The position numbers and the translations under genes are program-made. This document shows positions 25,540-39,100 of a stretch of 64,000 nucleotides of DNA, piece after piece (within the stretch, counting starts at the first letter, position 1; each line of letters opens with the position of its first letter). Below the pieces are notes generated by a model. It was not told the DNA's origin, made no database searches, and saw nothing but the letters and a program-made list of their open reading frames with translations. Source of the stretch: Anthoceros angustus (Eukaryota; Plantae; Anthocerotophyta); NCBI GenBank assembly GCA_010909165.1, contig VJWM01000019.1, positions 186,001 through 250,000 on the forward strand, read 5' to 3'.

Positions 25540-28500
25540 GCCTTACCAATCTAAGCAACATGACTCTGGTGATGGAACTCCCTATCCCTCAAAAAGGAAA
25601 CCCGGTCCTAGGCTATCGCGACTCCCTAAAATCAGCTGCCGCCTCGCGATTCTTTGCCTCGCCCTCGGCCCATGGGGACCCCTCTCGCTCTTGACCTCGC
25701 CTCGATCCGGCGATTTTCCCCACAACCTCCACCTCACTCTCCTTTTGATTTTCCCTCGCGCCTTCCAGCGGACGTTGCGCCTTTGTGACCTCTATGTCCA
25801 TTGTCCGCTCCTCCTCATTTGGACAACCATACCGTGCTCCTCCCTCCATGCTCGCTGCGCCTCGCTCATCTCTTCCGGCACCACTTGCGGAGGATAGGCG
25901 CCCGCTCCTACTCGAAGGAACCATCGTAAACGCGGGTCAAGATGTCTGACCGGTGGTTTACGCCCCTCTGTCCCAACAACCACATACACGTTTAGGTGAG
26001 CACGCTCACCATGCGTGGGCTGTGACATGAGCATCCTCATCCGGGGCCGTACTGTCGCCCTTCGTCTGAGGTCCTTACCCTCTCCTCCCGTGGACAATCT
26101 GGCCGGCGTTGATTCTCGGAGATCATCCCTCCATCTGCGACACTCACGTCGGTGACTTCCCCACCTCGGTTCCCGTTCCACGGCGGTGGCTGGTTTAGCC
26201 ACCGTGGTGGTTCCACGGTGGTTGCTTGGCTCTGCGGTGGGCATTGCTCGGCCTTCTTGGTTTGGCCACCTCTCTCTTGACTCGGCCTAACCGTCTCTTT
26301 CCGCTTGTACCTCTCTTGACTTCTTGAATTTCTCCAAAGGCGCCATCGCTTCCACCGCCTCCCGACTCGAGACCTCATCTTGAAGCTCTTCAATTGTAGC
26401 ATCGCCCCTTGACTGATTTACTAAGGCCTCTGAGTGGACATGTCCTTAACTGCCTCGTGCCTTGCATAAGGCCGCACTCCGTCTGCGCTCCTCGGCCGCC
26501 TTGCTCTCGCCTTCGGGCTTCCAACTTCTCCTTGAGCAACTTCTCCTTGCACACTCACGTGAGAGCCATGGGCTTGATCGAGGAGATCACTGCGTCATGC
26601 CATGGCGAAGTCAAACCACCAAATCCCCAAATTGTCCCTTTGCCCATCCGCCTCCACAACAATTCTCAGACGCGAGCGGTGTCTCCTATCCCCACCTCGA
26701 AAAGGAAACCCGGTCCTAGGCTATCGCGACTCCCTAAAATCAGCTGCCGCCTCGCGATTCTTTGCCTCGCCCTCGGCCCATGGGGACCCCTCTCGCTCTT
26801 GACCTCGCCTCGATCCGGCGATTTTCCCCACAACCTCCACCTCACTCTCCTTTGAATTTCCTCGCGCCTTCCAGCGGACGTTGCGCGCTGTGACCTCTAT
26901 GTCCATTGTCCGCTCCTCCTCATTTGGACAACCATACCGTGTGCTCCTCCCTCCATGCTCGCTGCGCCTCGCTCATCTCTTCCGGCACCACTTGCGGAGG
27001 ATAGGCGCCCGCTCCTACTCGAAGGAACCAGCAGTAGCGCTGTGGCGTCAAGATGTCTGACCGGTGGTTTACGCCCCTCTGTCCCAACAACCACATACGT
27101 TTAGGTGAGCACGCTCACCATGCGGCGAAGCGAGGACATGAGCATCCTCATCCGGACGCAGAGCACAATACGCCTTCCGACAGAGGTCCTTACCCTCTCC
27201 TCCGTGGACAATCACAGGCGGTGCTGATTCTCGGAGATCATCCCTCCATCTGCGACACTCACGTCGGTGACTTCCCCACCTCGGTTCCCGTTCCACGGCG
27301 GTGGCTGGTTTAGCCACCGTGGTGGTTCCACGGTGGTTGCTTGGCTCTGCGGTGGGCATTGCTCGGCCTTTCTTGGTTTGGCCACCTCTCTCTTGACTCG
27401 GCCCTAAGCGTCTCTTTCCGCTTGTACCTCTCATGACTTCTTGAATTTCTCCAAAGGCGCCATCGCTTCCACCGCCTCCCGACTCGCGAGACCTCATCCC
27501 AAGCTCTTCAATTGTAGCATCGCCCCTTGACTGATTTACTAAGGCCTCCGCCGAGTGGACATGTCCCTTAATTGCGGGCGCACTCCGTGCCTTGCATAAG
27601 GCCGCACTCCGTCTGCGCTCCTCGGCCGCCTTGCTCTCGCCTTCGGGCTTCCAACTTCTCCTTGAGCAACTTCTCCTGTTGGCCTTGCACACTCACCAAG
27701 TGAGAGCCATGGGCTTGATCGAGGAGATCACTGCGTCATGCCATGGCGAAGTCAAACCAAATCCCCAAATTGGGCTGTCCCTTTGCCCATCCGCCTCCAC
27801 AACAATCGTGACGCGAGCGGTGTCTCCTATCCCCACCTCGTAGGACGGTTCGGTGAAATGTCGCCAAAAATGTCCGGAGCTCGTTGCGGTCTCGGCTGAA
27901 GTTAACCCCTCCTCTCCTAGGGGTTGATGCCTTGCCTCTTCCCGCTTCATTCTCCCCTAGCGGCGTGATTCATCCTCGCACTGGAGGGAGCAACTTGCCA
28001 TTTCCCTTTATTTTCTCCTCCTTACCTTTCCGCTGCCTTCGACTGGTGACCACAGGTGTGGCGTGGGTTCCTCCTCCTCCGCGCCCCTCCCTTTTCGCCG
28101 ACCCTGCTCGACTGCCGCCGCCTTCGCTTACCCTTGGAAACTTCCCCACCCTCTTAGAACCTTCGAGGCGCTCAACCCACTGGAATCCTTGCGAATCCTC
28201 CTTCAATTCCTCCTCTTCTACCTTGAGTTCCTGGCCGGCTTCCAACCATGTATGGACATGCCCAACTGCTAAACACCCAATGCGCAAATACATGAATTTA
28301 AAAGGCGAAATCAAGGAGGGCCGAGGGGAAGGAGAGAGTAAATTCGCCTTCTCCTCACAGGCTCTTTCAAAAATCATCCTACCCCAATCAATTTGTGTAC
28401 CCTTGACCACCTCGTGAAGAAAAACCAAGAAGTGATCCGCCATATGATCCAGCTTCCGGTTCTGTAGGAAACACAAAATCCATTTGGCCAATCCTACTAG

Positions 28501-29560
28501 CTGCACAGACACGAGTTGGCGAGTCACCCAGCCATTGTTCACTCTCACTTCCCCTGTGCTCATGAGCGCACGCAGCCTTTCAAGGTCTTCACTGGGGTCA
28601 ATCACCAAGCTCCCATCTTGATGCTTCTCGCCCATACACGCCTCGAAGAGGCCAAATCCCCAAATTGGGCTGTCCCTTTGCCCATCCGCCTCCACAACAA
28701 TTCTCGTGTGCGGTGTCTCCTATCCCCACCTCGTAGGACGGTTCGGTGAAATGTCGCCAAAAATGTCCGGAGCTCGTTGCGGTCTCGGCTGAAGTTAACC
28801 CCTCCTCTCCTAGGGGTTGATGCCTTGCCTCTTCCCGCTTCATTCTCCCCTAGCGGCGTGATTCATCCCTGCACAGGAGGAGCAACTTGCCACCATTTCC
28901 CTTTTCTCCTCCTTTACCAGCGTTCTGCTGTCTTGACTGGTGACCACAGGTGTGGCGTGGGTTCCTCCTCTGCTGTTTCCTCCCTTTTTGACCCGTTCTG
29001 TGCGCCCTTCTTACCCTTGGAAACTTCCCCACCCTCTTAGAACCTTCGAGGCGCTCTACTTTGGAATCCTTGCGAATCCTCCTTCAATTCCTCCTCTTCT
29101 ACCTTGAGTTCCTGGCCGGCTTCCAACCATGCGGGCGGACCGACTTCAACTCAGTTAAACACCGGAATGCGCAAATACATGAATCGAGAAAAGGCGAAAT
29201 CAAGGAGGGCCGAGGGAAGGAAAGTCGCCTTCTCCTCACAGGCTCTTTCGAAAATCATCCTTCCCCAATCAATTTGTGTACCCTTGACCACCTCGTGAAG
29301 AAAAACCAAGAAGTGATCCGCCATATGATCCGACTTAGGTTACATAGGAAACACAAAATCCATTTGGCCAATCCACGGTGCTTGAACACGAGTTGGCGAG
29401 TCACCCGACCATTGTTCACTCTCACTTCCCGAGGCTTCATGGTAGCGGCTGCGGCTCTCAAGGTCTTCTTTTCAATCACCAAGCTCCCATCTTGATGCTT
29501 CGCCCCCTGCTTTGCTCGAAGAGGCCAAATCCAGATTCTGCGGCCTTTTCCTCGCGTCAC
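25540..29560 (-). mobile_element. Tandemly reiterated retroelement accessory-ORF region (plant-transposon/PMD-like domain), units of about 1.1 and 0.9 kb
   Basis: Repeated blocks at 25585/26695 and 27760/28652. Minus-strand ORF 27970-28695 has HFLVFLHEVVKGTQIDWGRMIF...PSLISP, resembling the G..I.WG..I motif of plant LTR-element accessory proteins. Confidence 0.55.
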
Positions 29561-30320
29561 CCTCTTGCGACTTGGTCCTTAATTGCGGGCGCACTCTTGC
29601 ACCAATGCGCTGTCAGAGCACCATTTCTTCTCCATGAACTTCAGCCTCCGCACCCGCCACCACTCATCCATGGTCCATGTTGGGCCCTGCGTGAGTGATT
29701 TCGGCGCGGCTCGGCGCCATCTCCTTCTCTCGTTGTTTCCCAAAACAAAACCTCGACTACCCCGCAGACTCGTCAAGAGAAAAATCGAGCCGCCCTCGCG
29801 CTCCTTCCACGCCTCCGCCCTCGCGCGCTCCTTCCACGCCTCCTCGCGCGCTCCTTCCACGCCTCCTCGCATGAGATGGATTTGGCTCAAGGCGTTTCTC
29901 CTCCGCCGCCGCCCGCCGCCCGCCGCCCTCCGGAAAGTCGCGACCTCGCGGTCTTTGGGTGTGCCCTTCTCCCGATTGCGCTCCGGTGGTAGTCCCGCTC
30001 CGCCACTAGGGTTGTAAATCGTCTCAGACGTCCTGCCGCCACCGTGGTGGAACTAGCCACCACCCTTGACTACTCAAGCGTGGCATATTGTGAGCATCCC
30101 TAGCATATATAGACACCTTTTATTCTAAAATTCCCAATACCCAAGGACTCTATTTCTACCCACCCCTCGGGTCAAACCTAAGGGTCGAAAAATTATTATT
30201 ATCTCCAAGGGCCAAGGACCATTCCGTATAAAAGACGACTCGGGCGATTCTCAAAGCACTTTGCTATTCTAACACATCCAAAACAAAAAAAATCGTTCAC
30301 CCTGACACTTGGGAGCGGGG

Positions 30321-30731
30321 TTAGTGCACATGTGGTCTTCCACACATGTCCAACTGCTGCTGGTGATGTTGGAAGACGTTTGTTTTTAATTGAGGAACCG
30401 CCGTCTTCGGAAGGTAAAAAGGCAATTGCTTATTGAGGGAAGCAATTTGGTGTTGATGCTGGACAATATCCGCACGTATGATTGGAATTTCTCGCTCCAA
30501 TTCCCTTCGAAGTGCAACAATCTCGAGTTGTTGGGCCTGAATCTTGTCTTCAAAATGTTGCTTGGAAATTCGGAACTCCGCTTTAAGTTCGTCTTGTCGA
30601 CACAGGAAGTCTGATCCCAACTTCTTGATATCAACTTGGAAGGATTTGAAAAGCCTCTCGATTTTATTTTTGCCCCTTGTTCCCTTGGAGGATGTAGGAG
30701 CCTGCGATTCTGTGAAGTCTGCGGAGTCCAA
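30321..30731 (-). CDS. Hypothetical coiled-coil protein, probably TE-associated
   Basis: 136-aa ORF with a heptad-like charged segment (FEDKIQAQQLEIVALRRELERE); no family recognised. Confidence 0.3.
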   Translation of the reverse strand: MDSADFTESQAPTSSKGTRGKNKIERLFKSFQVDIKKLGSDFLCRQDELKAEFRISKQHFEDKIQAQQLEIVALRRELEREIPIIRADIVQHQHQIASLNKQLPFYLPKTAVPQLKTNVFQHHQQQLDMCGRPHVH

Positions 30732-30849
30732 GACGTTTCTCCTCCAACAGATGGTCCGAGTCCAAGCATGATATCCGAAGCCATAGGAAAGTAGGTGCTG
30801 CGCCTATGCGCTCAAAGGCGGGCCAGCTATGTATGCTATGGCCACTTTG

Positions 30850-32230
30850 GAGTAAGAGCGAAAGGTGGTAAGAGAACCAGAAGCCACCGGGCCCGAACCC
30901 GAAGCCGCCCGGTCTCCCGGCCTTTCGAGTCCTAGGCGTCCCGGCCTCCCCTGCCCGCTCAACCTCCCGGACTCAGCCGAAAGCCGCACCGCCCATGGCG
31001 CCCGGTAAACCTCAATCCGCACCGCCCGGCCTGGCTAAGCTCACGCCGCCACCACGCCTTCGGCCCTCACCGCCCGTTCGGCCTGAGATCGCACTAGCGT
31101 CGCGCCACCCGTGGCACAGATCGGACCGCTGGCGCGGGCTGAGCTCGGCCCGAGTCGGGCGCCCGGCTGAGCCGGGGCGAGGTCGGTCCGCCATGCTGGC
31201 AGGCGGATGCGAGGCGGCGGCCGTGTCGGCCTCCGGCCTCGGCGAATGCGGATCCGCCCGGCCGGCGGCCCGGCCGGCGTCGAGCCTCGCCCGCCGCTCC
31301 CGGCCTCGCTGCGCTCGCGCTCCCTCGGCCTCGGCGGGCCGCCTCGCCGCCCGCCGCCCTCCGTCGGCGTCGGCCTCGGCCCGCCCGCCACGGCTGAGGC
31401 CACCTCCCGCCCGGCCTCGGCCGGGCGGCGGCCGTGTCGGCCTCCGGCCTCCGGCTGAGCCGGGCGGCGGCCCGGCCTCCGGTCGTCGCCTTCGGAGGCC
31501 GTGGCGCCAGCGCCGCGGGGCGTCGGGCGCCGGCGTCGAGCCTCCGCCCTCGCCGCTGCGGGACTGGTCAAACCGCCCGGCCTCCGGCCTCGCCCGCCGC
31601 CCGCCGCCGGGCGGCGGCCTCCGGCTGGGCGCCCGGCCTCCGGGTCGCCGCGCCGGGCAATCGGCCTCCGGCTGGGCGGAGGCCGTCGTCCGGCCCCACG
31701 ATCGCCAGCATCGCGTCGCGTGCCGCTCGGGCTCGCGGCTGACCCGTGCCGACGACCGCCGGCTGAGCCTGCCTGGTAGGCGCCAGTGCTCCCTCGGCTG
31801 GGAGGCGTGGCGCCCGCGCCCGCGCCAGTGCTCCGTCAGCCGCGAATCCGCTGGGAATCCCCGAATCGCCCGCGTGGTCGGTCGGCTGAGCCCAGCCTGA
31901 CCCTAGCCAGCCGAGATCATGCGGTCTCGCTCGGCCTCGGCCCTAACGTGGCCGCGGAATCCGCCCGCGTGCTCGTAGCGACCTGGCCCCAATCCGCTGC
32001 GCTCATCCTCGCCGCTCCGGCTCGTCCCGCTCCCGCTCCGCTCCCGCTCCCGCTCCCGCTCCCGCTCCGCTCAAGGCCGCGGCCCGGCTTCAGCCGACTT
32101 CACCGCCGAGCCCGGCATCCACCTCGGGACCAGCGCGGCGCCACTCTCAGCGAGTCTACACCCCGCGCCAGCCAGCGCCAGGCGGATCCTCCTTCAGGCG
32201 CGCGCGGGAATAGCATCAGGCTTGAGCACA
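30850..32230. repeat. Extremely GC-rich low-complexity tract with CCG/GGC and (CTCCCG)n repeats
   Basis: Visibly dominated by GGCC/CCGC words; (CTCCCG) run at about 32025-32070. Confidence 0.8.
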
Positions 32231-32284
32231 TCGATCCAATCGCTTACGGCCCCTCAATTGAACATGCAGACCTTACTGGGCACA

Positions 32285-34290
32285 ACAAAGAAGAAGAGAA
32301 AGAATTTTATTGAAGTCCAGATCTGATCAGACAGATATTTAGAGAGACTATCATGAAAATTATTAACTGCTTTTCTGGGTCTGGCCTAGAGACTAGTGTT
32401 GTGAAGCATAATCAAATAGACAGATATTCAGAGAGACTATCATGAAAATTAACTGCTTTTCTCGGTCTGGCCTAGAGACTAGTGTTGTGAAGCATAATCG
32501 AATATCCGGTCGGTTGGTCCTCATTTCCCACATTTGTTTCAAGCAAACTCCTATAATGATAGGGTTAGGAAAATTGAAAAACCCCCTAAGTGAAGATCGA
32601 GCTGTTGTAAATAGATTCATAAATGTATGCCTGATATCTTCATATATGGGACAGAGGAAAACAAAGTGTTCCTCGATCTCAACATCCACATTGTACAACT
32701 CATATTCGGGTCTCCTTGGGTGGCTTTGGGCGACCATCTATCGATCTCAACCCTGAGATGGTGGGACCCCACCCGAAGATGACCCATAATCATCCTTAGC
32801 TTGAAGGACACATGGGTGCGAAGATAGAGAGGAAGCATTGGTTTCCCAGAGTTGGAGAGAATACGAAAAAGTTGTTTGTAAGTTTGTAGCTTAGTGGGTA
32901 AGGGAGAGATAGGAGACCAGGTATAAGACAAATAGGTAGTTTGCAATTCAAGACGGATGGACTTATTCGGAGGAGGGGAAGAAGAGGGGTGGGGTGGAAG
33001 ACTCTCACGCCATCAACTTCTCGACGGGAGGCAGGCATATAACCGTCTTGTTTCCTGAGGATGCTAACTTCCGGGATGATTGGAATGCAAGAAGGAGGTA
33101 TGAGGGAGTGGAGGTGGGGTGATTAGACTGAGCTTCTTCTAGAGAGTAAAGGCGGTATGGGAAGTTGGTTAGTCGAAATAGACCCTCAAGTTCAAGCGGG
33201 AAAGTGGCAAACTCTGCAAGAAAGATGGCAATTGGGACAGACTTCTTACATGCAATGTGGGGCCGAATTGAAGGGATGTCTGAACCTCCTCCACCTGCAC
33301 GCATCGTGATCATCGAGGGAGTGGCCCCAATCCCAACTCGGCATACATAGCCGAGGGAACAACAACTGTGTTGAAGAGCCATTGCTGAGTGGGGATGTCC
33401 TTGATGTGCATCCTAGAGCACTGTCTCCAAACTCCACATGCAGATGCCACACCCTTGACAATGCGAGCAGAGGCAGAGAGCTTCCACTGGAGTGTCGCGC
33501 CATAGAGAGTGCCACCTAGGTAGACATAAGATTGGACAACCTCCACAGGCTCACCCTTGTAGAAGAACTTTAGGTCGTGCTGAATTGGATCCCGCTTGTT
33601 GAAAAACATGACCTTGGTCTTCTTCAAGTTCACTTCCAAATCTCTTGCCGTGCAAAAGTGGGACAATGTGTCTAGTTGCTGTTGGAGGCCCTCAGAAGAA
33701 TGGGACAAAAGGGCAATGTCATCTGCATACAAGAGAATAGCTATATGCACGAAGGAGAGGAGGCAACCAGGATCCTCAGACTCCACAATCCAAGACTCCA
33801 GCTCATCAACGTACAAGCCAAATAAGTTAGGAGAAGACGGATCTCCCTGCCGCACCCCCATGTTGCAAAGCAAATCTAGAAGGTCAAAAGCAGCATAGGG
33901 TGTGCGGATCCTAACCTTCACCTTTTCATAGAGGATCCCAGTAGCATGCAAAAGATGAGCAGGCATCCCCAACCTATGAAGGCGGGCGAAGAGCTTCTCC
34001 CGGGAGATGGAGTCGAAAGCCCACTTGAAGTCAACAAAACAAACATAAACATGTCTGTTATCCTTCCATCTGCTTTTTGCCTCCTAAATAATAGCAATGA
34101 GAGTGAAAAGATTGTCTTGAGTGTTCCGCTCCGGACGAAACCCAGCCTGGCCCCTTGCTCTAATGCCAGCATTCTCAGCCCAAGAAGTAGTGAGAATTTC
34201 CAAGCAGGAACTAAAGATCTTGGCAGAGATGGACTCGACCATGATATACCTGTAGTTGGACGAGAGTTGTGAACCACATGTCTTCAAAGG
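32285..34290 (-). mobile_element. Second APE-type LINE copy, 5'-truncated (RT + C-terminus)
   Basis: GQAGFRP, CNMGVRQGDPSSPNLFGLYVDEL, LLYADDIALL, YVYLGG, HLRVGSHHLRVEIDRW and EEHFVFLCPIYEDIR; AAG-rich tail at about 32287-32312; about 88-bp tandem duplication in the 3' UTR. Confidence 0.92.
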
Positions 34291-36050
34291 CAAGCAGGAG
34301 TCTTCATTTCAATAATCCTCCTAATATTCATATTGATAATTCAGCTAAAATGCAAGGCCAAAACTCAAGCACACCAGAAGATGCTGATCCCGAAGGCGCT
34401 TATCCCGAGGACACTTTATCATATCACACCGAGGATACTAGAACGGGCAGACGATTACAACGTACTAATGCAGGTACTATTAGAAGATATTCCCCTACTA
34501 ACTAGTTTAGCTTATTGTCTTAATACAGCTATGGATCAATTTGTCCCCGCTAATTATCAAGAGGCCATCACCTGCACAGAAAAAGAAAATTGGAAGAAAG
34601 CCATAAGGTCAGAACTAGACTCTTTAAAAGCTAACAAAACTTGGATACTAATAACCTTACCTTTAGACAGAAAACTAGTAGGTTCCTAGTGGACCTTTAA
34701 AATTAAATTGAATGCTGATGGTAGCATAGAAAGATATAAGGCTAGATTAGTGGCAAAACGATATTCACAAAAATATGGTTTTGATTATGACGAAACCTTT
34801 AGTGCCATACTAAAAATAACTTCATTAAGAATTCTTATGGCCTTAGCCTCTCACCATGATTATGAGCTTATGCAATTGGATATCAAGACAGCTTTCTTAT
34901 ACGGTGACCTTGACCACACTATTTATATAGGAATATCCGAAGGCATAAGAGTGAAGAATAAGGCAAAGTATAATGCCTGTAAATTATTGAAATCACTTTA
35001 CGGGCTTAAGCAAAGTGCAATGAAGTGGTATTTTAAACTAGATGTTAGCCTTAAGTCTCTAGGCTTCACTAGACTACATTCAGATAGCAATATCTATATT
35101 AAGAGATATGGTAAGTACTTCGTTGTATTAGGAGTTTACGTTGATGACATTGTCCTCATGTCTAACTCCAAACCCATCTTAGAGGACACTAGACTAATGC
35201 TTGCAAAGAGCTTCTCTATGACTACGTGCCGAGAACTTTCGTTTTGTCTAGACATTCGGGTTCTAAGACATAGAGGAACTAGAAGCATTTTCATTCATCA
35301 TCTAATTATATTCAGGATGTTCTAACTAAGTACAACATGTTAGAGGCTAAGTCCATTTCTACGCCTATGGAAGCTAACTTAAAACTCAGCAAAGAGGAAG
35401 ATCATGAGCAAACAGGAAGATCATGAGGCAGCTCTTTCTAGAGGGAACGAGCCACCATATTCCTCTTCTATTGGAAGCCCAATGTATCTTATGATTTGCA
35501 CTGGGCCGGACCTTTCATTTTCAGTGCGAGCATTATCCCTGTTCTTAGCAGCTCTAACTCAAGCTCATTGGAAGACAGCTAAACGGGTGTTTAGATACTT
35601 GAGAGCAAAATCCGACACGGGACTCCTATACTAATCTAAGATGAACCTCTACAACTTGAAGGCTATATCGATGCTAACTGGGCAGGTAATCCTATAGGCA
35701 CGAGGATCATAAGTAGTTTTGTGTACATGCTTGGCGGAACAACAACAAGCTAGACGAGGATCATAAGTAGTTTTGTGTACATGCTTGGCGGAACAACAAC
35801 AAGCTAGAGCAGCAAGTGAGAACAAGTAGTGGCACTCAGCTCAACTGAAGCCGAATATTGCTCACTCACTCATGCTAGCAATGATGGCCTATGGCAGCTT
35901 CTACAGCTGTCCGAACTCGTAGAAGTCAACAGATACCAAGGCCGCTATATTGCGATAACCAGAGTGCTATCTCACTTACTTATAACCCTAAGTTCCATGC
36001 GAGGACAAAGTATATAGAAGTCCAATTCGACTTTATCTGAAAAGTGATAG
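34290..36050 (+). mobile_element. Ty1/copia remnant (RT-RNase H), no LTR seen, joined directly to the LINE
   Basis: NKTW, YKARLVAK, DYDETF, DIKTAFLYG, KSLYGLKQS, YVDDI, ALSSTEAEY; internal stops; about 55-bp tandem duplication at about 35700-35810. Confidence 0.92.
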
Positions 36051-36109
36051 AAGATGGTAAATTGTAATATGCAATTGTAATATGCAACTACTCTGGATTG
36101 ATTGTTGCA

Positions 36110-39100
36110 AGATGGGCTCCAGTGAATTGAACTCAATTTCTGCAATGGGAAATTGTTCCCAGGCCCCTGCGCGAGAGATGTCACGTGTTGGCCTGCAGCC
36201 CAGGCTTCGTAACAGATTCGTAGCCTCCAGCGCAGGCTTGGAATTGGACAGCCCAGACATCCGGTCAGCTTGGACTGGTCAGCTTGAGCTTCATGCATCT
36301 GGGAAGAGAATTGTTATTCAAGAGTGAGCACACGATTGATGCATCCTGGCCTGCCTGATTTCCTATACCTGCTGCCTGCTCCCTGTCCTCCAAGACTTCA
36401 ACGCTAATTGGCGTGCTTGTAAGTTGCCGCCAAGCGTGCCGCCAGGATGTTTGCATGCTTAGTTGGCGACGCTCGATCGTTGGCGTTGGTCAAGGTGGCT
36501 GAACATTGCACTCGACACCAGCTTCCCCAGTTTTGGTGAGAAAATCAGCAGATATACTTGTGTCATCTGTTTGCGAGAGTTGAGTATCTGCTTGCGCAAG
36601 TTGGTTGATCCTAGTCCCAGTCCCAGGAAGTGGCAGAAGCTATGTACATTCGTTTGCAGAAAACAGAGAGCGGTCATCACGGCCTTGACTAGTAGTGAAG
36701 GAGCACAAAATATGGAGCTAACGAGCTACAAAAATACCTTGCGCAGAAAGTCCCTGCGGGATGGGATGCTCGAAGACAGTTTGCAAGGGCCTGTGCACAT
36801 ATTTGGTCGTTCCTCAGTCCGGTCCTAGAATTCGGCACAGCTGGCCCACACTTGCATTATAGATCCGACAGGTGAGGCCATCATGGATGCAGAGTTTGCT
36901 GGTGCACAAACACACCGAATGGAAAGCCAAATGGAAACATGGGCATACAAGGTCCACCGCCCAAGGGCGCCAGTACATGGGATACTAAAATACTTTCTGA
37001 TATGTTCACAAGCATACGACAGCAGGGTTTCACTCACATCTGTCACCTCCAGCTCACTTCTTACAGCAGTTTAGCAGACTATTCTACACGCGTGTGTTCC
37101 AGTTACACCCTGTCCTAGGCAAGCACATTCAGATCCGCCACAGTCTAGCATTTTGGGCATATTGTGGTACATTTTGGGCATCGCTGTGCTTTACTGGCTA
37201 AAGTTCTCCTCCAGGATCTATATCGCTGTGTCTTTACTGGCTAAAGTTCTCCTCCAGAACCTAAACCCAGCCACAGTTCTCAAATCGACCAATCAGCCAT
37301 CACCTCTGCCATGCCACTTGCCCAATTGCGAAGGACCCAAGTTTGCACATATCACACTGCAAGATGCAGCCACTCGCCCCAATCCTCAACAGCGAATCAA
37401 GCCTCGTTGTAGGGTGATCCACAAGGACTGATCACCACCCAAATTTTCAACCAGCAATGCTAGTACTGTGCTTGCTGCCTTGTCTTTCAGAGGGTCAGGG
37501 GCACCAAGAGGGGAAGCCAGGAGCACTGCTCTTCAAAACAGCGTCCGACTCGGACACACAGCCTATTCCTACACGAGAAAATGGAGTCTACGTTGTCCAA
37601 TTCAAGCTCAAATGTAGATAATTCCAAGCCTGGTCTGGAGGCTACGAATCTGTTACGAAGCCTGGGCTGCAGGCCAACACGTCACATCTCTCGCTCAGGG
37701 GGCCTGGGAACAATTTCCCATTGCAGAAATTGAGTTCAATTCACTGAAGCCCATCTCCCTCCCAAGGAGTGCTCCAGCGTGACGACTTTGTGCACGTACA
37801 GACGTCCAGCTGCGACGTTCTCCAGACGCCTGAAGTCAAGAGCATTCCAGATCCACGCCCAAGGGCGCCAGTACATGGGATACTAAAATACTTTCTGATA
37901 TGTTCACAAGCATACGACAGCAGGGTTTCACTCACATCTGTCACCTCCAGCTCACTTCTTACAGCAGTTTAGCAGACTATTCTACACGCGTGTGTTCCAG
38001 TTACACCCTGTCCTAGGCAAGCACATTCAGATCCGCCACAGTCTAGCATTTTGGGCATATTGTGGTACATTTTGGGCATCCTTTGTGCTTTACTGGCTAA
38101 AGTTCTCCTCCAGGATCTATATCGCTGTGTCTTTACTGGCTAAAGTTCTCCTCCAGAACCTAAACCCAGCCACAGTTCTCAAATCGACCAATCAGCCATG
38201 CTTGTGTTCAAACAAGTATTCAGCTCAGTGTTCAGCTCGCACAAATTGCAAGGATGGCAAGCATGTTCACAATCGCCTTGGGATTGCTGTTGGTGGCCTG
38301 CCATCTGTGTATGCTGCTCCGCCAGCGCAACATCGCCAAGCTATGGTTTCAGATCTGCTCCAAGCTCCGCCAGGGAGGAGCAGCAGCCCGACTCTCCATC
38401 TCCTCCAGGTCCACCAGGCCTCCCGATTGTAGGCAATCTGTTCCAGCTGGGATCCGATCCGCACCGAGCACTTGCGGAGCTCAATCGGAAATACGGACCA
38501 GTTGTGTTCCTCCGGCTCGGCGCCAGGCCTACCTTGACCACCTGCTCCCCACACATCGCCAAGGAGATCCTCAAGACGCAGGATCATGTCTTCGCATCCA
38601 GAGCTCCCACTGTGGCTGCCGAATATTTCGCCTACGAGTTCAATGACATCGCCATGGCGCCTTACGGACCTGCGTGGAGGAAGGCCAGGCGGATTTGCGT
38701 TTCGGAGCTCTTGACTCCCAGGTTTGGGCAAAGTGAACATATATGTTCAACATCTCTGCGATTCAAATCATGTGATTCGTTGTCGAGAGCACCGTGTTCA
38801 TATCACACTGCAAGATGCAGCCACTCGCCCCAATCCTCAACAGCAGATCAAGCCTCGTTGTAGGGTGATCCACAAGGACTGATCACCACCCAAATTTTCA
38901 ACCAGCAATGCTAGTACTGTGCTTGCTGCCTTGTCTTCAGAGGGTCAGGGGCACCAAGAGGAAGCCAGGAGCACTGCTCTTCAAAACAGCGTCCGACTCG
39001 GACACACAGCCTATTCCTACACGAGAAAATGGAGTCTACGTTGTCCAATTCAAGCTCAAATGTAGATAATTCCAAGCCTGGTCTGGAGGCTACGAATCTG

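Noticed and set aside
30995-32313. Long Pro/Arg/Ala-rich ORFs, or rDNA
   Set aside because: Stop-poor because of extreme GC content; no domain motifs and no rRNA conserved sequence.
36300-37450. Short ORFs in the repeat cluster upstream of the CYP fragment
   Set aside because: No motif or exon support; the region is dominated by local duplications.
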